64,000 bases of DNA from an uncultured Gemmatimonadaceae bacterium (GTDB taxonomy: Bacteria; Gemmatimonadota; Gemmatimonadetes; Gemmatimonadales; Gemmatimonadaceae): the NCBI GenBank assembly GCA_963817955.1, contig CAWFQK010000002.1, forward strand, positions 384,001 to 448,000. The letters are read 5' to 3'. The position numbers were made by a program, and so were the translations under genes. Positions 9,583 through 19,224 of this stretch are shown piece by piece; within the stretch, counting starts at the first letter, position 1; the number at the start of each line of letters is the position of its first letter. The notes below the pieces were generated by a model. That model did not search any database. It worked only from the letters and a program-made list of their open reading frames with translations, and was not told where the DNA came from.

Positions 9583-10634
9583 TCGACGTCCCCACCCCTC
9601 TGCGCCGCGTGTGCATCGTCATGATGAGCGCGGTCGGCGACGCTGTCCACGTGCTGCCGGTGCTCAATGCGCTCAAACGGCACGCGCCTGCCGTCCACGT
9701 TACCTGGGTCCTGCAACCCGGGCCGGCGACACTCGTCCGTGGCCATCGGTCGGTCGATGACATTCTGATCTTCGATCGCGCAGAGGGATGGCGTGCCTTT
9801 CAGGCGATTCGCCAGCAACTCGCCGCGCGCACCTTCGACCTCGTGATCGACCTGCAGGTCTACTTCAAGGCGGGTCTGGTCACGAGGTTCACGCATGCGT
9901 CGGTGAAACTTGGGTTCGACCGCGCTCGTGCACGTGATTTCAACTGGCTGTTCACCACAGATCGCATTCCGTCGCATCCTGTGCAGCACGTACAGGATCA
10001 GTACTTCGAGTTCCTCACGGCACTCGACGTTCCGCATGAGCGCGTGGAATGGGACCTCGGCCCCTGGCCGCAGGAGCGGACTTGGCAACGCAACTTCGCT
10101 TCGCAGTTCGAGCGTCCGCTGGCGGCACTAGTTGTCGCGACGAGCAAGGCGCAAAAAGACTGGATGCCGGAACGCTGGGCGGAAGTCGCGGATGCCCTGT
10201 GGCATGACTTCGGAATGCAGCCGGTACTCGTCGGAGGGCGCTCGTCGCGCGAACTGCACGCCGAGCAAATCATCATGGCGCGCGCGCTTCGCCGGCCGCA
10301 TTCCGCGCTCGGCAGCGGGCTGCGCAATCTCGTCGGCATCCTTGACGCATCGTCGCTCGTGCTCGCGCCGGACACCGGGCCGCTGCACATGGCCGTGGCG
10401 CTCGACCGCCCTCTGGTCAGCCTCATGGGATACACGAACCCGAAGCGCACCGGCCCGTATCGCAAATTCCACGATCTGATCGTGGACGCCTACGGCAACC
10501 CGGGCGAGGACTACCCGATCAGCATGGAGAATCGGCTCGACCGCATGCCGCGCATTGCCGTGCGCGATGTGCTCGACAAGGTCGAGCGCTGGCGCACCTG
10601 CTACTCGTCGGCCCCCACCGGGCCGAAGTTGTAG
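9579..10634 (+). CDS. Glycosyltransferase family 9 (WaaC-like heptosyltransferase)
   Basis: MSAVGDAVH, FDLVIDLQ, PDTGPLHMAVA; ATGA overlap with upstream gene. Confidence 0.9.
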   Translation: MIDVPTPLRRVCIVMMSAVGDAVHVLPVLNALKRHAPAVHVTWVLQPGPATLVRGHRSVDDILIFDRAEGWRAFQAIRQQLAARTFDLVIDLQVYFKAGLVTRFTHASVKLGFDRARARDFNWLFTTDRIPSHPVQHVQDQYFEFLTALDVPHERVEWDLGPWPQERTWQRNFASQFERPLAALVVATSKAQKDWMPERWAEVADALWHDFGMQPVLVGGRSSRELHAEQIIMARALRRPHSALGSGLRNLVGILDASSLVLAPDTGPLHMAVALDRPLVSLMGYTNPKRTGPYRKFHDLIVDAYGNPGEDYPISMENRLDRMPRIAVRDVLDKVERWRTCYSSAPTGPKL

Positions 10635-11194
10635 CGCAAGCCGACCTGTCGCAGGAGACGCACCATCCGATTGAGCGGGAGCCCCATCACGGCGAAGTAG
10701 TCGCCGTCGACACGGTCGACGATCGTCGCACCAAAGCCCTGGATACCGTACGCGCCCGCTTTGTCCATCGGCTCGCCCGTGTCGATGTAATGTTCGATGT
10801 CGTCCTCACTCAGTTGGCGGAACGTGACGCCAACCTCCTCGAGTCCAGAGGCGAGCACGCCGCCCCAGCACACCGCCACTCCCGTCATCACCACGTGCGA
10901 CCGCCCGCTCAGCCGCCGCAGCATGTCGGCTGCCTCGCGCCGGTCGCGCGGCTTGCCAAGTACGGCACCGTCGACGACGACTATCGTGTCGCTGCCAATG
11001 GTCACCGCGTGCGGTGCCTCGACGGCTGTCGCCTTTTCACAGGCGAGTCGCTCCGCATGCTGCCGAGGCGTCTCACCATCGAGGTACACCTCGTCGATGT
11101 TCGCCGGCCGCACCTCGTGCGGAATGCCGATGAGTGTCAACAGTTCGTGCCGCCGCGGCGAGGCCGACGCGAGGATGACGGGCGGTTGCGTCAT
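10601..11194 (-). CDS. maf: Maf family nucleotide pyrophosphatase
   Basis: ILASASPRR, GSDTIV, LGKP, EPMDKAGAYGIQG. Confidence 0.95.
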   Translation of the reverse strand: MTQPPVILASASPRRHELLTLIGIPHEVRPANIDEVYLDGETPRQHAERLACEKATAVEAPHAVTIGSDTIVVVDGAVLGKPRDRREAADMLRRLSGRSHVVMTGVAVCWGGVLASGLEEVGVTFRQLSEDDIEHYIDTGEPMDKAGAYGIQGFGATIVDRVDGDYFAVMGLPLNRMVRLLRQVGLRYNFGPVGADE

Positions 11195-11628
11195 CGATCG
11201 AGCCACAGGGTCACCGGTCCGTCGTTCACGAGTTCCACGGCCATCATCGCGCCGAATTCTCCTGTCTCGGTGTGAATACCGCGACCGCGCAGTAGGGCGA
11301 CGAATCGCTCGTACAACGGAATTGCCACCTCGGGACGCGCCGCATCAGTGAAGCTGGGCCGGCGTCCCTTCACAACATCGCCATACAACGTGAACTGCGA
11401 CACGACGAGCAATTCGCCACCGACGTCGCCCAGCGATCGGTTCATTTTGTCATCATCGTCAGGGAATATTCGCAATCCCACGACTTTGTCCGCCATCCAG
11501 ACGAGCTGCCCTTCCGCATCGGTATCGGTGAATCCGACCAGCAGGAGAAGCCCGCGCCCGATACGGCCGGCTACCTGGTCGCCTATTCGGACCTCGGCCC
11601 GAGATACGCGCTGAAGGAGTACTCGCAT
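11191..11628 (-). CDS. dtd: D-aminoacyl-tRNA deacylase
   Basis: MRVLLQRV, SQFTL, GRRPSF, NDGPVT. Confidence 0.97.
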   Translation of the reverse strand: MRVLLQRVSRAEVRIGDQVAGRIGRGLLLLVGFTDTDAEGQLVWMADKVVGLRIFPDDDDKMNRSLGDVGGELLVVSQFTLYGDVVKGRRPSFTDAARPEVAIPLYERFVALLRGRGIHTETGEFGAMMAVELVNDGPVTLWLDR

Positions 11629-11751
11629 GAAGATTGGTGGAGACGATTGAGGCGATAAGCTAACTACGACTTCCCGAGATCGCGGCACATAGGTGCTTGC
11701 GGTTTGAGCGCTAATGAGTGCATCCTGTCTGCTCACCGCTGCCGATAACGG

Positions 11752-12093
11752 ATGCCCCCCAACTCATCACGCCGTGCGGTATACCGCGTCGTGTACCCCT
11801 TGTCCGAACGCCCGATCTTTCACGTAGAACGGTCGATATATGAAGTCATCGATTGTTCCGAAAAGGGGCTGCGTTGCGAGATCAACGGCCACCACAAGGT
11901 TCCACCGCTCGGCACTCAGCTACGCGGGTGCGTGCAGTTTCGCCGGGGAATGGAGATAGAAGTCACCGGCGAAGTGATCCGCACCTCGAGCAGCGAGATC
12001 GTGCTTGTCCTGGACAGACCAGGCCTGCCGTTCGTGGAGATCATGGCCGAGCAGCGCTACCTGCGCTCGAAAGGCTACACGCTTCGCGACTGA
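11752..12093 (+). CDS. Stand-alone PilZ-domain protein
   Basis: RxxxR (RRAVYR) and DxSxxG (DCSEKG) motifs. Confidence 0.7.
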   Translation: MPPNSSRRAVYRVVYPLSERPIFHVERSIYEVIDCSEKGLRCEINGHHKVPPLGTQLRGCVQFRRGMEIEVTGEVIRTSSSEIVLVLDRPGLPFVEIMAEQRYLRSKGYTLRD

Positions 12094-12154
12094 CGCGCGG
12101 CAACAGGAACGCCGTCGTATGGCAGCGCTCCTGTTGCCACGGGTAGCCTTCGTG

Positions 12155-12751
12155 TTACGCGGCGGCGCTTGTCGGTGCAGCCTGGCGCACCAGTTCGACG
12201 TCGATGGAGAGCTTTACCTCGTCGCTGACGACGACACCGCCCGCCTCGAGCGCCTGGTTCCAGGTGAGGCCAAAGTCGGCGCGATTGAGTTTGCCCTTCG
12301 CCGAAAAGCCTGCGCGCTCGCTTCCCCACGGGTCCATGCCGCGGCCCTCTGCTGACGCATCGAGCGTCACTTCCCGTGTCACGCCTTTGATTGTCAGGTC
12401 GCCGACGATCCTGAACTCCGCGAGCTCGCCCTCGATCCGCTTGCTGACGAAGTGCATCGTCGGAAACTTCTCGGCGTCGAAGAAATCGGGAGAGCGCAGG
12501 TGCGCGTCGCGCGGCTCCTGCCGAGTATCAATCGACGAAACGTCCACGCTGACATTGATCGTCGAGTTCGAAAAGTTCGATTCGTCGAACATGACCGTTC
12601 CTGTCACGGCGCCAAAACGCCCCCGGACGGTTGAGATCATGAGATGGCGGACCGCGAACCCGATTTCGGCATGGCTCTGATCGATCGTCCAAGTGCCGAC
12701 GCTGGTGCCGGTGAATGTGGCGTTGGTACCGACGCTGGTGGTGTTGGGCAT
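12155..12751 (-). CDS. yceI: YceI family polyisoprenoid-binding protein
   Basis: WTIDQSH, RDAHLRSPDFFD, GDLTIKGVT, RADFGLTWN; GGAGGA RBS. Confidence 0.93.
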   Translation of the reverse strand: MPNTTSVGTNATFTGTSVGTWTIDQSHAEIGFAVRHLMISTVRGRFGAVTGTVMFDESNFSNSTINVSVDVSSIDTRQEPRDAHLRSPDFFDAEKFPTMHFVSKRIEGELAEFRIVGDLTIKGVTREVTLDASAEGRGMDPWGSERAGFSAKGKLNRADFGLTWNQALEAGGVVVSDEVKLSIDVELVRQAAPTSAAA

Positions 12752-12810
12752 TGCGTCCTCCAGTATAGATTGGTGAGATAAATTAGTGCTGCACTATTTC
12801 CTACTCGAAA

Positions 12811-12823
12811 ATGCATACATGAA
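12811..12823. promoter_or_regulatory. Putative MarR operator upstream of yceI
   Basis: Minus-strand TTCATGTATGCAT matches 12/13 the TTCATGTATGAAT at 13286-13298. Confidence 0.5.
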
Positions 12824-12846
12824 CTACTCGTCCAAATAGCCAGCGG

Positions 12847-13290
12847 CTATTGCAGGGCTGAGAGCATCCTCTGTACGGCCGCCCGATCAACACTTCCAAC
12901 GCTCGCAGCGAATTCCTCATGCAACCGGGCGACCACGGCAGCTCCCGCCGCTTGACGGGTGCGGCCCTCGTCCGCGATTTCGGCCTTCACTGACCTGCGA
13001 TCGTTCGGGCAGTTGATACGCCGGACCAGGCCGTCGCTTTCCAGGCGATCGACGAGCTGTGTCATATTCGAACGCACACAGCTGAGGCGCGCAGCCAACT
13101 CACTGAGCGCCAGGGGCGTATCGGCAGCCACGAGCTCGCTCAGAACGGAGAATTTAGGCGTCGACAACCCGACGCCTTCCAATGCGGCCTCGAGCCGTGC
13201 TTCGAGCGCATGGGCGGCCTGAAGAAGCATGAAGATCGTGGTATCCGGCGATCCGTTCGATCGATCCGCGTCTGGCGATAAATCATTCAT
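12847..13290 (-). CDS. MarR family transcriptional regulator
   Basis: LSELAARL, MTQLVDRLE, DRRS winged HTH. Confidence 0.92.
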   Translation of the reverse strand: MNDLSPDADRSNGSPDTTIFMLLQAAHALEARLEAALEGVGLSTPKFSVLSELVAADTPLALSELAARLSCVRSNMTQLVDRLESDGLVRRINCPNDRRSVKAEIADEGRTRQAAGAAVVARLHEEFAASVGSVDRAAVQRMLSALQ

Positions 13291-13325
13291 GTATGAATAG
13301 TACAGACAGAAACACCGTACGTCAA
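13285..13325 (-). promoter_or_regulatory. Sigma70-type promoter of marR with overlapping palindromic operator (leaderless mRNA likely)
   Basis: TTGACG (13325-13320), 17 nt, TACTAT (13302-13297), 6 nt, ATG; palindrome ATTCAT-N2-ATGAAT at 13285-13298. Confidence 0.65.
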
Positions 13326-13356
13326 CGGGAACTGGTGCCTGGTTGTACTAGATGAT

Positions 13357-13390
13357 GAGGCCGGAGCGACAATGTCGCTCCGGCCTCTTT
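13357..13390. terminator. Hairpin downstream of glmS (probable terminator)
   Basis: GAGGCCGGAGCGAC-AAT-GTCGCTCCGGCCTC perfect 14-bp stem; short T run only on the + strand. Confidence 0.6.
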
Positions 13391-13419
13391 CGCATGTCTC
13401 GCCTCTGGCGTCTCGGCGC

Positions 13420-15246
13420 TTACTCCACCGTAACCGACTTCGCCAAGTTGCGCGGCTGGTCGACATTCAGGCCACGCTTGGCTGCGATGTAGTACGCGAG
13501 CAACTGCAGCGGGACCACCGTGAGTATTGGGTAGAGCATGTCCACCGTTTCGGGAATGCGGAACTCGTAGTCGATCAAGCCTTCCAACGCCGGTTCTTCA
13601 CGGCTCGTGATGCAGATGACCCGGCCACCGCGCGCTTTTACTTCCTGGATGTTCGACACGATTTTTTCGAACACCGAATCGTGCGGCGCAATGAACACGA
13701 CCGGCATGTTCTCATCGATCAGCGCGATCGGCCCGTGCTTCATCTCGGCGGCAGGATAGCCCTCGGCATGGATGTAGCTGATCTCCTTCAGCTTGAGCGC
13801 GCCCTCGAGGGCGACCGGGAAGTTGTAGCCGCGGCCTAGATACAGGAAATTCGACGCATCCTTGAACGCCTCGGCGATTGTCTCCATCTCAGTCGCCCGG
13901 TCGAGGATATGTTGCAGCTGCTTCGGCAGTTCCTCCATCGCCATGCAGATCTCGCGGCCACGCGCCACCGACATATCACGGCGCCGGGCAAATTTCAGCA
14001 TCAGCAATGCGAGCGCGACCACCTGGCTCGTAAACGCCTTCGTAGAGGCGACGCCGATCTCGGGGCCAGCGTGGAGATACACGCCGCCGTCGTCTTCACG
14101 CGCGATGGTTGAGCCAACGACATTCACCAATCCGAGCGTCCGCGCGCCTCGGCGTTTGGCTTCGCGCATTGCGGCCAACGTGTCCGCCGTCTCACCCGAC
14201 TGAGAGATGACGACGCACAACGAGTTCGGATTGACGATGGGATTGCGGTAGCGGAACTCGGACGCGTACTCGGTTTCTACGGGAATGCGTGCGTTCTCTT
14301 CGATCATCAACTCGCCAATGAGGCCGGAATGCCAACTCGTGCCGCATGCCGTGATGATGATATTGTTGATCTGCTCGAGGTCCTCGCGCGGAATGTTCAT
14401 GCCCCCGAGCTTGGAATAGCCGTCTTCTACGACGATCCGGCCGCGCATGGTGTTCATGATCGTCTGCGGCTGCTCGAAGATTTCCTTCAGCATGAAATGG
14501 GGAAAGCCGCCCTTCTCGATCTGGTCGAGATCCCATTCCACGCGGCTCACGCCCTTGCGCACGGGTCGCGCCGACAGATCGCACACCCGATACCCCTCGC
14601 GCGTGATGACGCCAACTTCACCGTCGTCCAGATACACCACTTGACGCGTATGTGCGAGGATCGCCGCCACGTCGCTCGCCACGAAGTATTCGCCTTCACC
14701 CACGCCGATGAGAAGCGGACTGCCCTTTCGCGCTGCGACGATCTTGTCCTTGTCGCGGCTCGACACGACCGCAATGCCGTAGGTGCCTTCGACGAGGTTG
14801 AGTGTGTCCATCACCGCGTCCTCGAGCGTCGTCTCGAAATTCTCCTCGATCAGATGCGCGAGTACCTCCGTGTCGGTCTCCGACACAAAGGTGTGCCCCT
14901 TTTCCTTGAGCACTTTGCGGAGCGCCGAGTAGTTCTCGATGATGCCGTTGTGCACCACGGCGATCGTCTTCGTGCAGTCCACATGCGGATGGGCGTTCGA
15001 CTCATTCGGCTGCCCATGCGTTGCCCAACGGGTGTGTGCGATCCCTACGGTGCCGTGTACCGGGTTCCCGGCCACGACGCTTTCGAGAAACGAGATCTTT
15101 CCTTTCGCCTTTCGCGTTTCCAGGCCGTTGCCATTGTTCATGGCGATCCCAGCCGAGTCATAGCCGCGATATTCGAGCCGCTTGAGACCCTCGATGAGCA
15201 ATCCGCTGGCCGCACGCGGGCCGATGTATCCGACGATTCCGCACAT
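13420..15246 (-). CDS. glmS: Glutamine--fructose-6-phosphate aminotransferase
   Basis: MCGIVG, EYRGYDSAG, HTRWATHG, SQSGETADT, PRNLAKSVTVE. Confidence 0.99.
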   Translation of the reverse strand: MCGIVGYIGPRAASGLLIEGLKRLEYRGYDSAGIAMNNGNGLETRKAKGKISFLESVVAGNPVHGTVGIAHTRWATHGQPNESNAHPHVDCTKTIAVVHNGIIENYSALRKVLKEKGHTFVSETDTEVLAHLIEENFETTLEDAVMDTLNLVEGTYGIAVVSSRDKDKIVAARKGSPLLIGVGEGEYFVASDVAAILAHTRQVVYLDDGEVGVITREGYRVCDLSARPVRKGVSRVEWDLDQIEKGGFPHFMLKEIFEQPQTIMNTMRGRIVVEDGYSKLGGMNIPREDLEQINNIIITACGTSWHSGLIGELMIEENARIPVETEYASEFRYRNPIVNPNSLCVVISQSGETADTLAAMREAKRRGARTLGLVNVVGSTIAREDDGGVYLHAGPEIGVASTKAFTSQVVALALLMLKFARRRDMSVARGREICMAMEELPKQLQHILDRATEMETIAEAFKDASNFLYLGRGYNFPVALEGALKLKEISYIHAEGYPAAEMKHGPIALIDENMPVVFIAPHDSVFEKIVSNIQEVKARGGRVICITSREEPALEGLIDYEFRIPETVDMLYPILTVVPLQLLAYYIAAKRGLNVDQPRNLAKSVTVE

Positions 15247-15266
15247 AGTGATGTCCTTCGTGAGTG

Positions 15267-16637
15267 TTACGCGCCCAGCTTGTCCAACGGGACCCGTGAA
15301 CGATTGACCAACGCCAACGCTTCTTCACGGCTCGGTGCTTCAGCGATCACTCGCACGATCGGTTCCGTTCCCGAGGGCCGAACATGCACCCAGCGGTCCG
15401 GCCACGACAACCGTAGACCGTCCTGTGTGTCTGCCACGGCATCTGGAAAGGCCGACCGCAGGGTCTCGTAAACGGTATCGAGGCTCGCGCTTGGACGGTC
15501 CAGCTTGTCTTTCACGATCACGTACCGCGGCAGGCCTGCCACAATTTGCGATAACGACCTGTCCTCCTCGTGCAGTAATTGCAGAATCAACGCAGCACCC
15601 ACCGGCGCGTCGCGCCCAAGGTGCATTTCCGACAGAATCACCCCACCATTGCCTTCCCCGCCAATTGGCGCGCGCTCGTCGCGCATGCGCACGGCGACGT
15701 TCACTTCACCCACGGGGGCGCGAATGATTGGCACCCCTGCATCAATCGCGACGTCTTCCACGATCCGACTCGTCGAGAGGTTCGTGACCACCGTTCCGGG
15801 GGTGTGGCGCAGGACGAGCCGCGCCGCCAACGCCAGAGTAAAGTCCTCCCCAATGGCCTTGCCGGCATCAGACACGAGCGCCAGCCGATCGACGTCCGGG
15901 TCCACTGCAAAACCAATTGCCGCGCCGGACTGAAGCACGAGTCGTTCCAATTCTCCGAGGTTCTCGGCGACGGGCTCAGGAGGACGTGGAAAACGCCCGT
16001 CCGTCTCAAGGTTGATACTCGACACGCGGCAGCCGAGGCGATCGAGCAGGAGGGGCATGATTGCCGCTCCTGCCCCGCGCACACAATCGAGCGCGACGCT
16101 GAAATGGCGCTTTCGGATTCCCTCGATATCCAGGTACGGTATCGAAAGGACACGATCGATGTGTCGCTGAATGGCACAGTCGTCCGGCTCGATCTGCCCG
16201 AGCTCGTCCCAGTGCGCCCGCGGAATTCCCGTTTCCACCAGCGCACGCATCTCGACACCCTCGGCGTTTTCGAGGAACAGTCCGGTCGGTCCAATGAACT
16301 TGAGCGCGTTCCACTCGATTGGATTGTGGCTGGCCGAGATCATGAGGCCGCCGGCGGCGTGGTGATGCTCCACGGCGAGCTGGCAGGTGGGGGTCGTCGT
16401 GAGACCGATGTCGATGACGTCGCATCCCACTGATTGCAGCGCGGCCAGCACGACGCGGTGGAACATGGGACCCGAGACACGACTGTCGCGCCCAACGACT
16501 ACGCGCTTCGACAGGCCGCGGCTAGAGGCCCACGCACCGAATCCGGCGGCGTAGCGTGCGACCACTTCCGGCGTCAACGCCTCGCCGACGCGTCCGCGAA
16601 TCCCCGACACACTCACCATCAAACCATCGTTCGCCAT
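15267..16637 (-). CDS. glmM: Phosphoglucosamine mutase (phosphohexomutase family)
   Basis: SASHNP, DPDVDR, GEGNGG, RPSGTEP; adjacent to glmS. Confidence 0.85.
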   Translation of the reverse strand: MANDGLMVSVSGIRGRVGEALTPEVVARYAAGFGAWASSRGLSKRVVVGRDSRVSGPMFHRVVLAALQSVGCDVIDIGLTTTPTCQLAVEHHHAAGGLMISASHNPIEWNALKFIGPTGLFLENAEGVEMRALVETGIPRAHWDELGQIEPDDCAIQRHIDRVLSIPYLDIEGIRKRHFSVALDCVRGAGAAIMPLLLDRLGCRVSSINLETDGRFPRPPEPVAENLGELERLVLQSGAAIGFAVDPDVDRLALVSDAGKAIGEDFTLALAARLVLRHTPGTVVTNLSTSRIVEDVAIDAGVPIIRAPVGEVNVAVRMRDERAPIGGEGNGGVILSEMHLGRDAPVGAALILQLLHEEDRSLSQIVAGLPRYVIVKDKLDRPSASLDTVYETLRSAFPDAVADTQDGLRLSWPDRWVHVRPSGTEPIVRVIAEAPSREEALALVNRSRVPLDKLGA

Positions 16638-16802
16638 TCAGCCTCCGTGAAGTGAGCGAAAACTAATCAAACCATGACGAGCAGGCTGTACGGGACGAAC
16701 CGTGTCGCGTGCCGACGATGGGCCGCCCATGGCGAGTGACTATTATTCGCGCTGGTTGAACTCGCCCCCCCTCGCCCAACGCTTGCCGCCGCCAATCGCC
16801 AC

Positions 16803-18080
16803 ATGCTCGATCCGTTCTCCCTGCTTCCCCTCGCCATCGCCTCGCACGGCGGACGCGTCGATGAATACGAGGCGCAGCAGCTCGTGGCCGCTGGACTCAC
16901 GCTGCTCCAGCGCAGCGCACCGCTGGTGCGGGCGCTGAGCGGAAAGCGGTCGGCGATTCTATTGCCCACTTCACCGGCGTTCTTTGTCGCCCTCGCGGCG
17001 TCCGAAGGAAGGGGCGCGGTGCTCGTGAACCCGCTGGCCGCGCCGCGTGAGATCTCTCATCAGCTAGACGATGCCAACGTCGGTGTGGTCTTCACGGTAT
17101 CGTCCCTCGCCGCCGGGGTGCCGGACACCCTCCCGATCGTGCTGCTCGATGATGCGCCGCGATCCGCCCGTGTGATTATCAGCGGAACGAGCCGCGACGT
17201 CGATCTCGGCTCCCATATCGGGCTGACCATCGAAGGGAGCGCCGATGCGCCAGGCAGCGATGGCGAGGCGGCGATCGTGTATACGTCGGCAATGGCCGGC
17301 CGACCAGTCGGTGCTATTCTGTCGCATCGCAACCTGCTGGCGAACGCCCGCTCGACGGTGATTGCGGCGCAGAACACGGCGGACGACCGCGTGCTCGCCC
17401 TTCTCCCGCTCTCGCACCTGTTTGGCCTCACCGTGACGGCCAATGGTCCGCTGCTCGCGGGAGCCAGCGTGTTGACTATGGCGCGCTTCAATCCGGCGCG
17501 AGCCGCAGAACTCATTGCCAGTGGAGAGGTTACGGAAGTGGTCGGCGTGCCGGCGGTGTTCCGCGTCCTACTCGCCGCTCTCGGACGTCTGGGCGGTTGC
17601 CCGAGTGGCGCGTTACGTCTGGCAATCTGCGGCGGCTCGCCGCTCTCGATTGACTTGCAGGACCGGTGGTTCGATCGCACCGGCGTGGAGTTGCGGCAGG
17701 GCTACGGGCTGACTGAAGCAGCTCCTGTCTGCCTGTTCAATGACAGCGCGCGGCCGAACGTCCGCGGCACCCTCGGTGTGCCATTTCCTGGGGTGGAGGT
17801 CGAGGTGCGGCAGCCGATCGAGTACGATGCAGACGGTTATGCCCGGGAGTCATCGCTCCAGACCACAGCACCCGAATGCGGAGAAATCTGTGTCCGCGGC
17901 GATAATGTGTTCCGCGGTTATGTGAACGGCGCGTCCGGCCTGCCCGTGCGCGATGGATGGCTGCACACGGGTGATCTCGGTTGCCGCAACGCCGACGGCA
18001 CCTTCAGCTTCACGGGACAGCTGAAGCCGTCCAGCGCTGGTGTGCCGAACGTCTCAGTGCGTACAAACAGCCGACGGTGA
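16803..18080 (+). CDS. Divergent AMP-binding (acyl-CoA ligase-like) protein lacking the C-terminal subdomain
   Basis: YTSAMAGRP, LPLSHLFG, GYGLTEA, GEICVRG, WLHTGDLG, then ends about 30 aa later. Confidence 0.75.
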   Translation: MLDPFSLLPLAIASHGGRVDEYEAQQLVAAGLTLLQRSAPLVRALSGKRSAILLPTSPAFFVALAASEGRGAVLVNPLAAPREISHQLDDANVGVVFTVSSLAAGVPDTLPIVLLDDAPRSARVIISGTSRDVDLGSHIGLTIEGSADAPGSDGEAAIVYTSAMAGRPVGAILSHRNLLANARSTVIAAQNTADDRVLALLPLSHLFGLTVTANGPLLAGASVLTMARFNPARAAELIASGEVTEVVGVPAVFRVLLAALGRLGGCPSGALRLAICGGSPLSIDLQDRWFDRTGVELRQGYGLTEAAPVCLFNDSARPNVRGTLGVPFPGVEVEVRQPIEYDADGYARESSLQTTAPECGEICVRGDNVFRGYVNGASGLPVRDGWLHTGDLGCRNADGTFSFTGQLKPSSAGVPNVSVRTNSRR

Positions 18081-18090
18081 TTACCGTTCT

Positions 18091-19149
18091 TTAAAAACGC
18101 TCCTCAGCGTAGCGCAGAACCGTACGCGGCAGGAGTACCAGTTCGCCACGTTCGGCTGCCTGCACCAACGCGACAACCACGTCCGGATCGAACTGCGTCC
18201 CGCTGTTTCGCTGAATCTCTTCCACGGCCAGTTCGAGTGTCATTTCACTCGTGCGGTATGGGCGGTCGCTGGTCATGGCATCCAGCGCGTCGGCGGCGGC
18301 GGCGATGCGAGCTTCGAGCGGGATTTCGCTGCCACTGAACCCGTCTGGCACGCCGCGTCCGTCGAACCGCTCGTGATGCGACCGCACGATGTTCAGGGCG
18401 TTCGGCGTCTCCCCGAGCAACGGCGCAAGGATGCGCCACCCGAGCACCGGGTGCGTCATGATGTGCTCGTATTCTTCCGCCGTGAGGCGTCCAGCCTTGT
18501 TGAGGACCGATTCTCGTACACCAATCTTGCCGATGTCGTGGACGTGCCCGCCGAGCTCGATCTGTCGCAACATCTCCCCGTCCAGGCCCATCGACTGAGC
18601 GATGACGCTCGAGTAGTGGCTCACGCGTACAGAGTGGCCACGCGTATACGGGTCCTTGAGTTCGAGCGCTTCGGCAAGCGACTGCACGCTCGCCAGGAAC
18701 AACTCTTCGAGCCGCCGCGCCTGTTGCGCCACACGCTCCTCCAGGCTCTCGCGATAGGCGCGATTCTCGAGAATGAGCCGGCGCTTTTCCAGCGCCTGGG
18801 CGACACGGGCGCGGACGTCCTCCAGCTGATAGGGCTTGATGACGTAGTCGGCAGCGCCGATCGCCAGGCAGTTGACCGCGATCTCGACGTCCGCCACTGC
18901 GGTGATCATCACCACCGCGGCGTCGGGGAAGCGCGAGCGAATCTCCCGGAGAAGCTCGAAGCCGTCCATCTTCGGCATCCGGAGGTCGCTGAGCACGAGG
19001 ATGACGGGGTATATCTCCAGCTGTTCCAGCGCCTCGATGCCGTTTGCGGCCTCGACACACTGAAAGCCGTCGCTGCGCATCAGGTGCATCATCACCTGGC
19101 GCAGGCGCGGTTCATCATCGACGATCAAACAGTATGGTGCTGCGTCCAA
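18091..19149 (-). CDS. Response regulator with HD-GYP-type phosphodiesterase domain
   Basis: REC (IVDDE, DLRMPKMDG, KP), GHSVRV, HDIGK, HHERFDGRGVP; TTG start with AGGAA upstream. Confidence 0.92.
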   Translation of the reverse strand: MDAAPYCLIVDDEPRLRQVMMHLMRSDGFQCVEAANGIEALEQLEIYPVILVLSDLRMPKMDGFELLREIRSRFPDAAVVMITAVADVEIAVNCLAIGAADYVIKPYQLEDVRARVAQALEKRRLILENRAYRESLEERVAQQARRLEELFLASVQSLAEALELKDPYTRGHSVRVSHYSSVIAQSMGLDGEMLRQIELGGHVHDIGKIGVRESVLNKAGRLTAEEYEHIMTHPVLGWRILAPLLGETPNALNIVRSHHERFDGRGVPDGFSGSEIPLEARIAAAADALDAMTSDRPYRTSEMTLELAVEEIQRNSGTQFDPDVVVALVQAAERGELVLLPRTVLRYAEERF

Positions 19150-19224
19150 GCGGTCATTCCTGGTTCAGTTACGGCCCGTTCGGGGCGCGGTTATCTTCCG
19201 CACACCTACAACAAGAGTATCGTC

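Noticed and set aside
15247..15266. glmS ribozyme
   Set aside because: Only 20 nt separate glmM and glmS.
18040..19224. N-terminal extension of the 804-aa ORF
   Set aside because: Antisense shadow of the HD-GYP gene; PLP-enzyme homology starts at ATG 19225.
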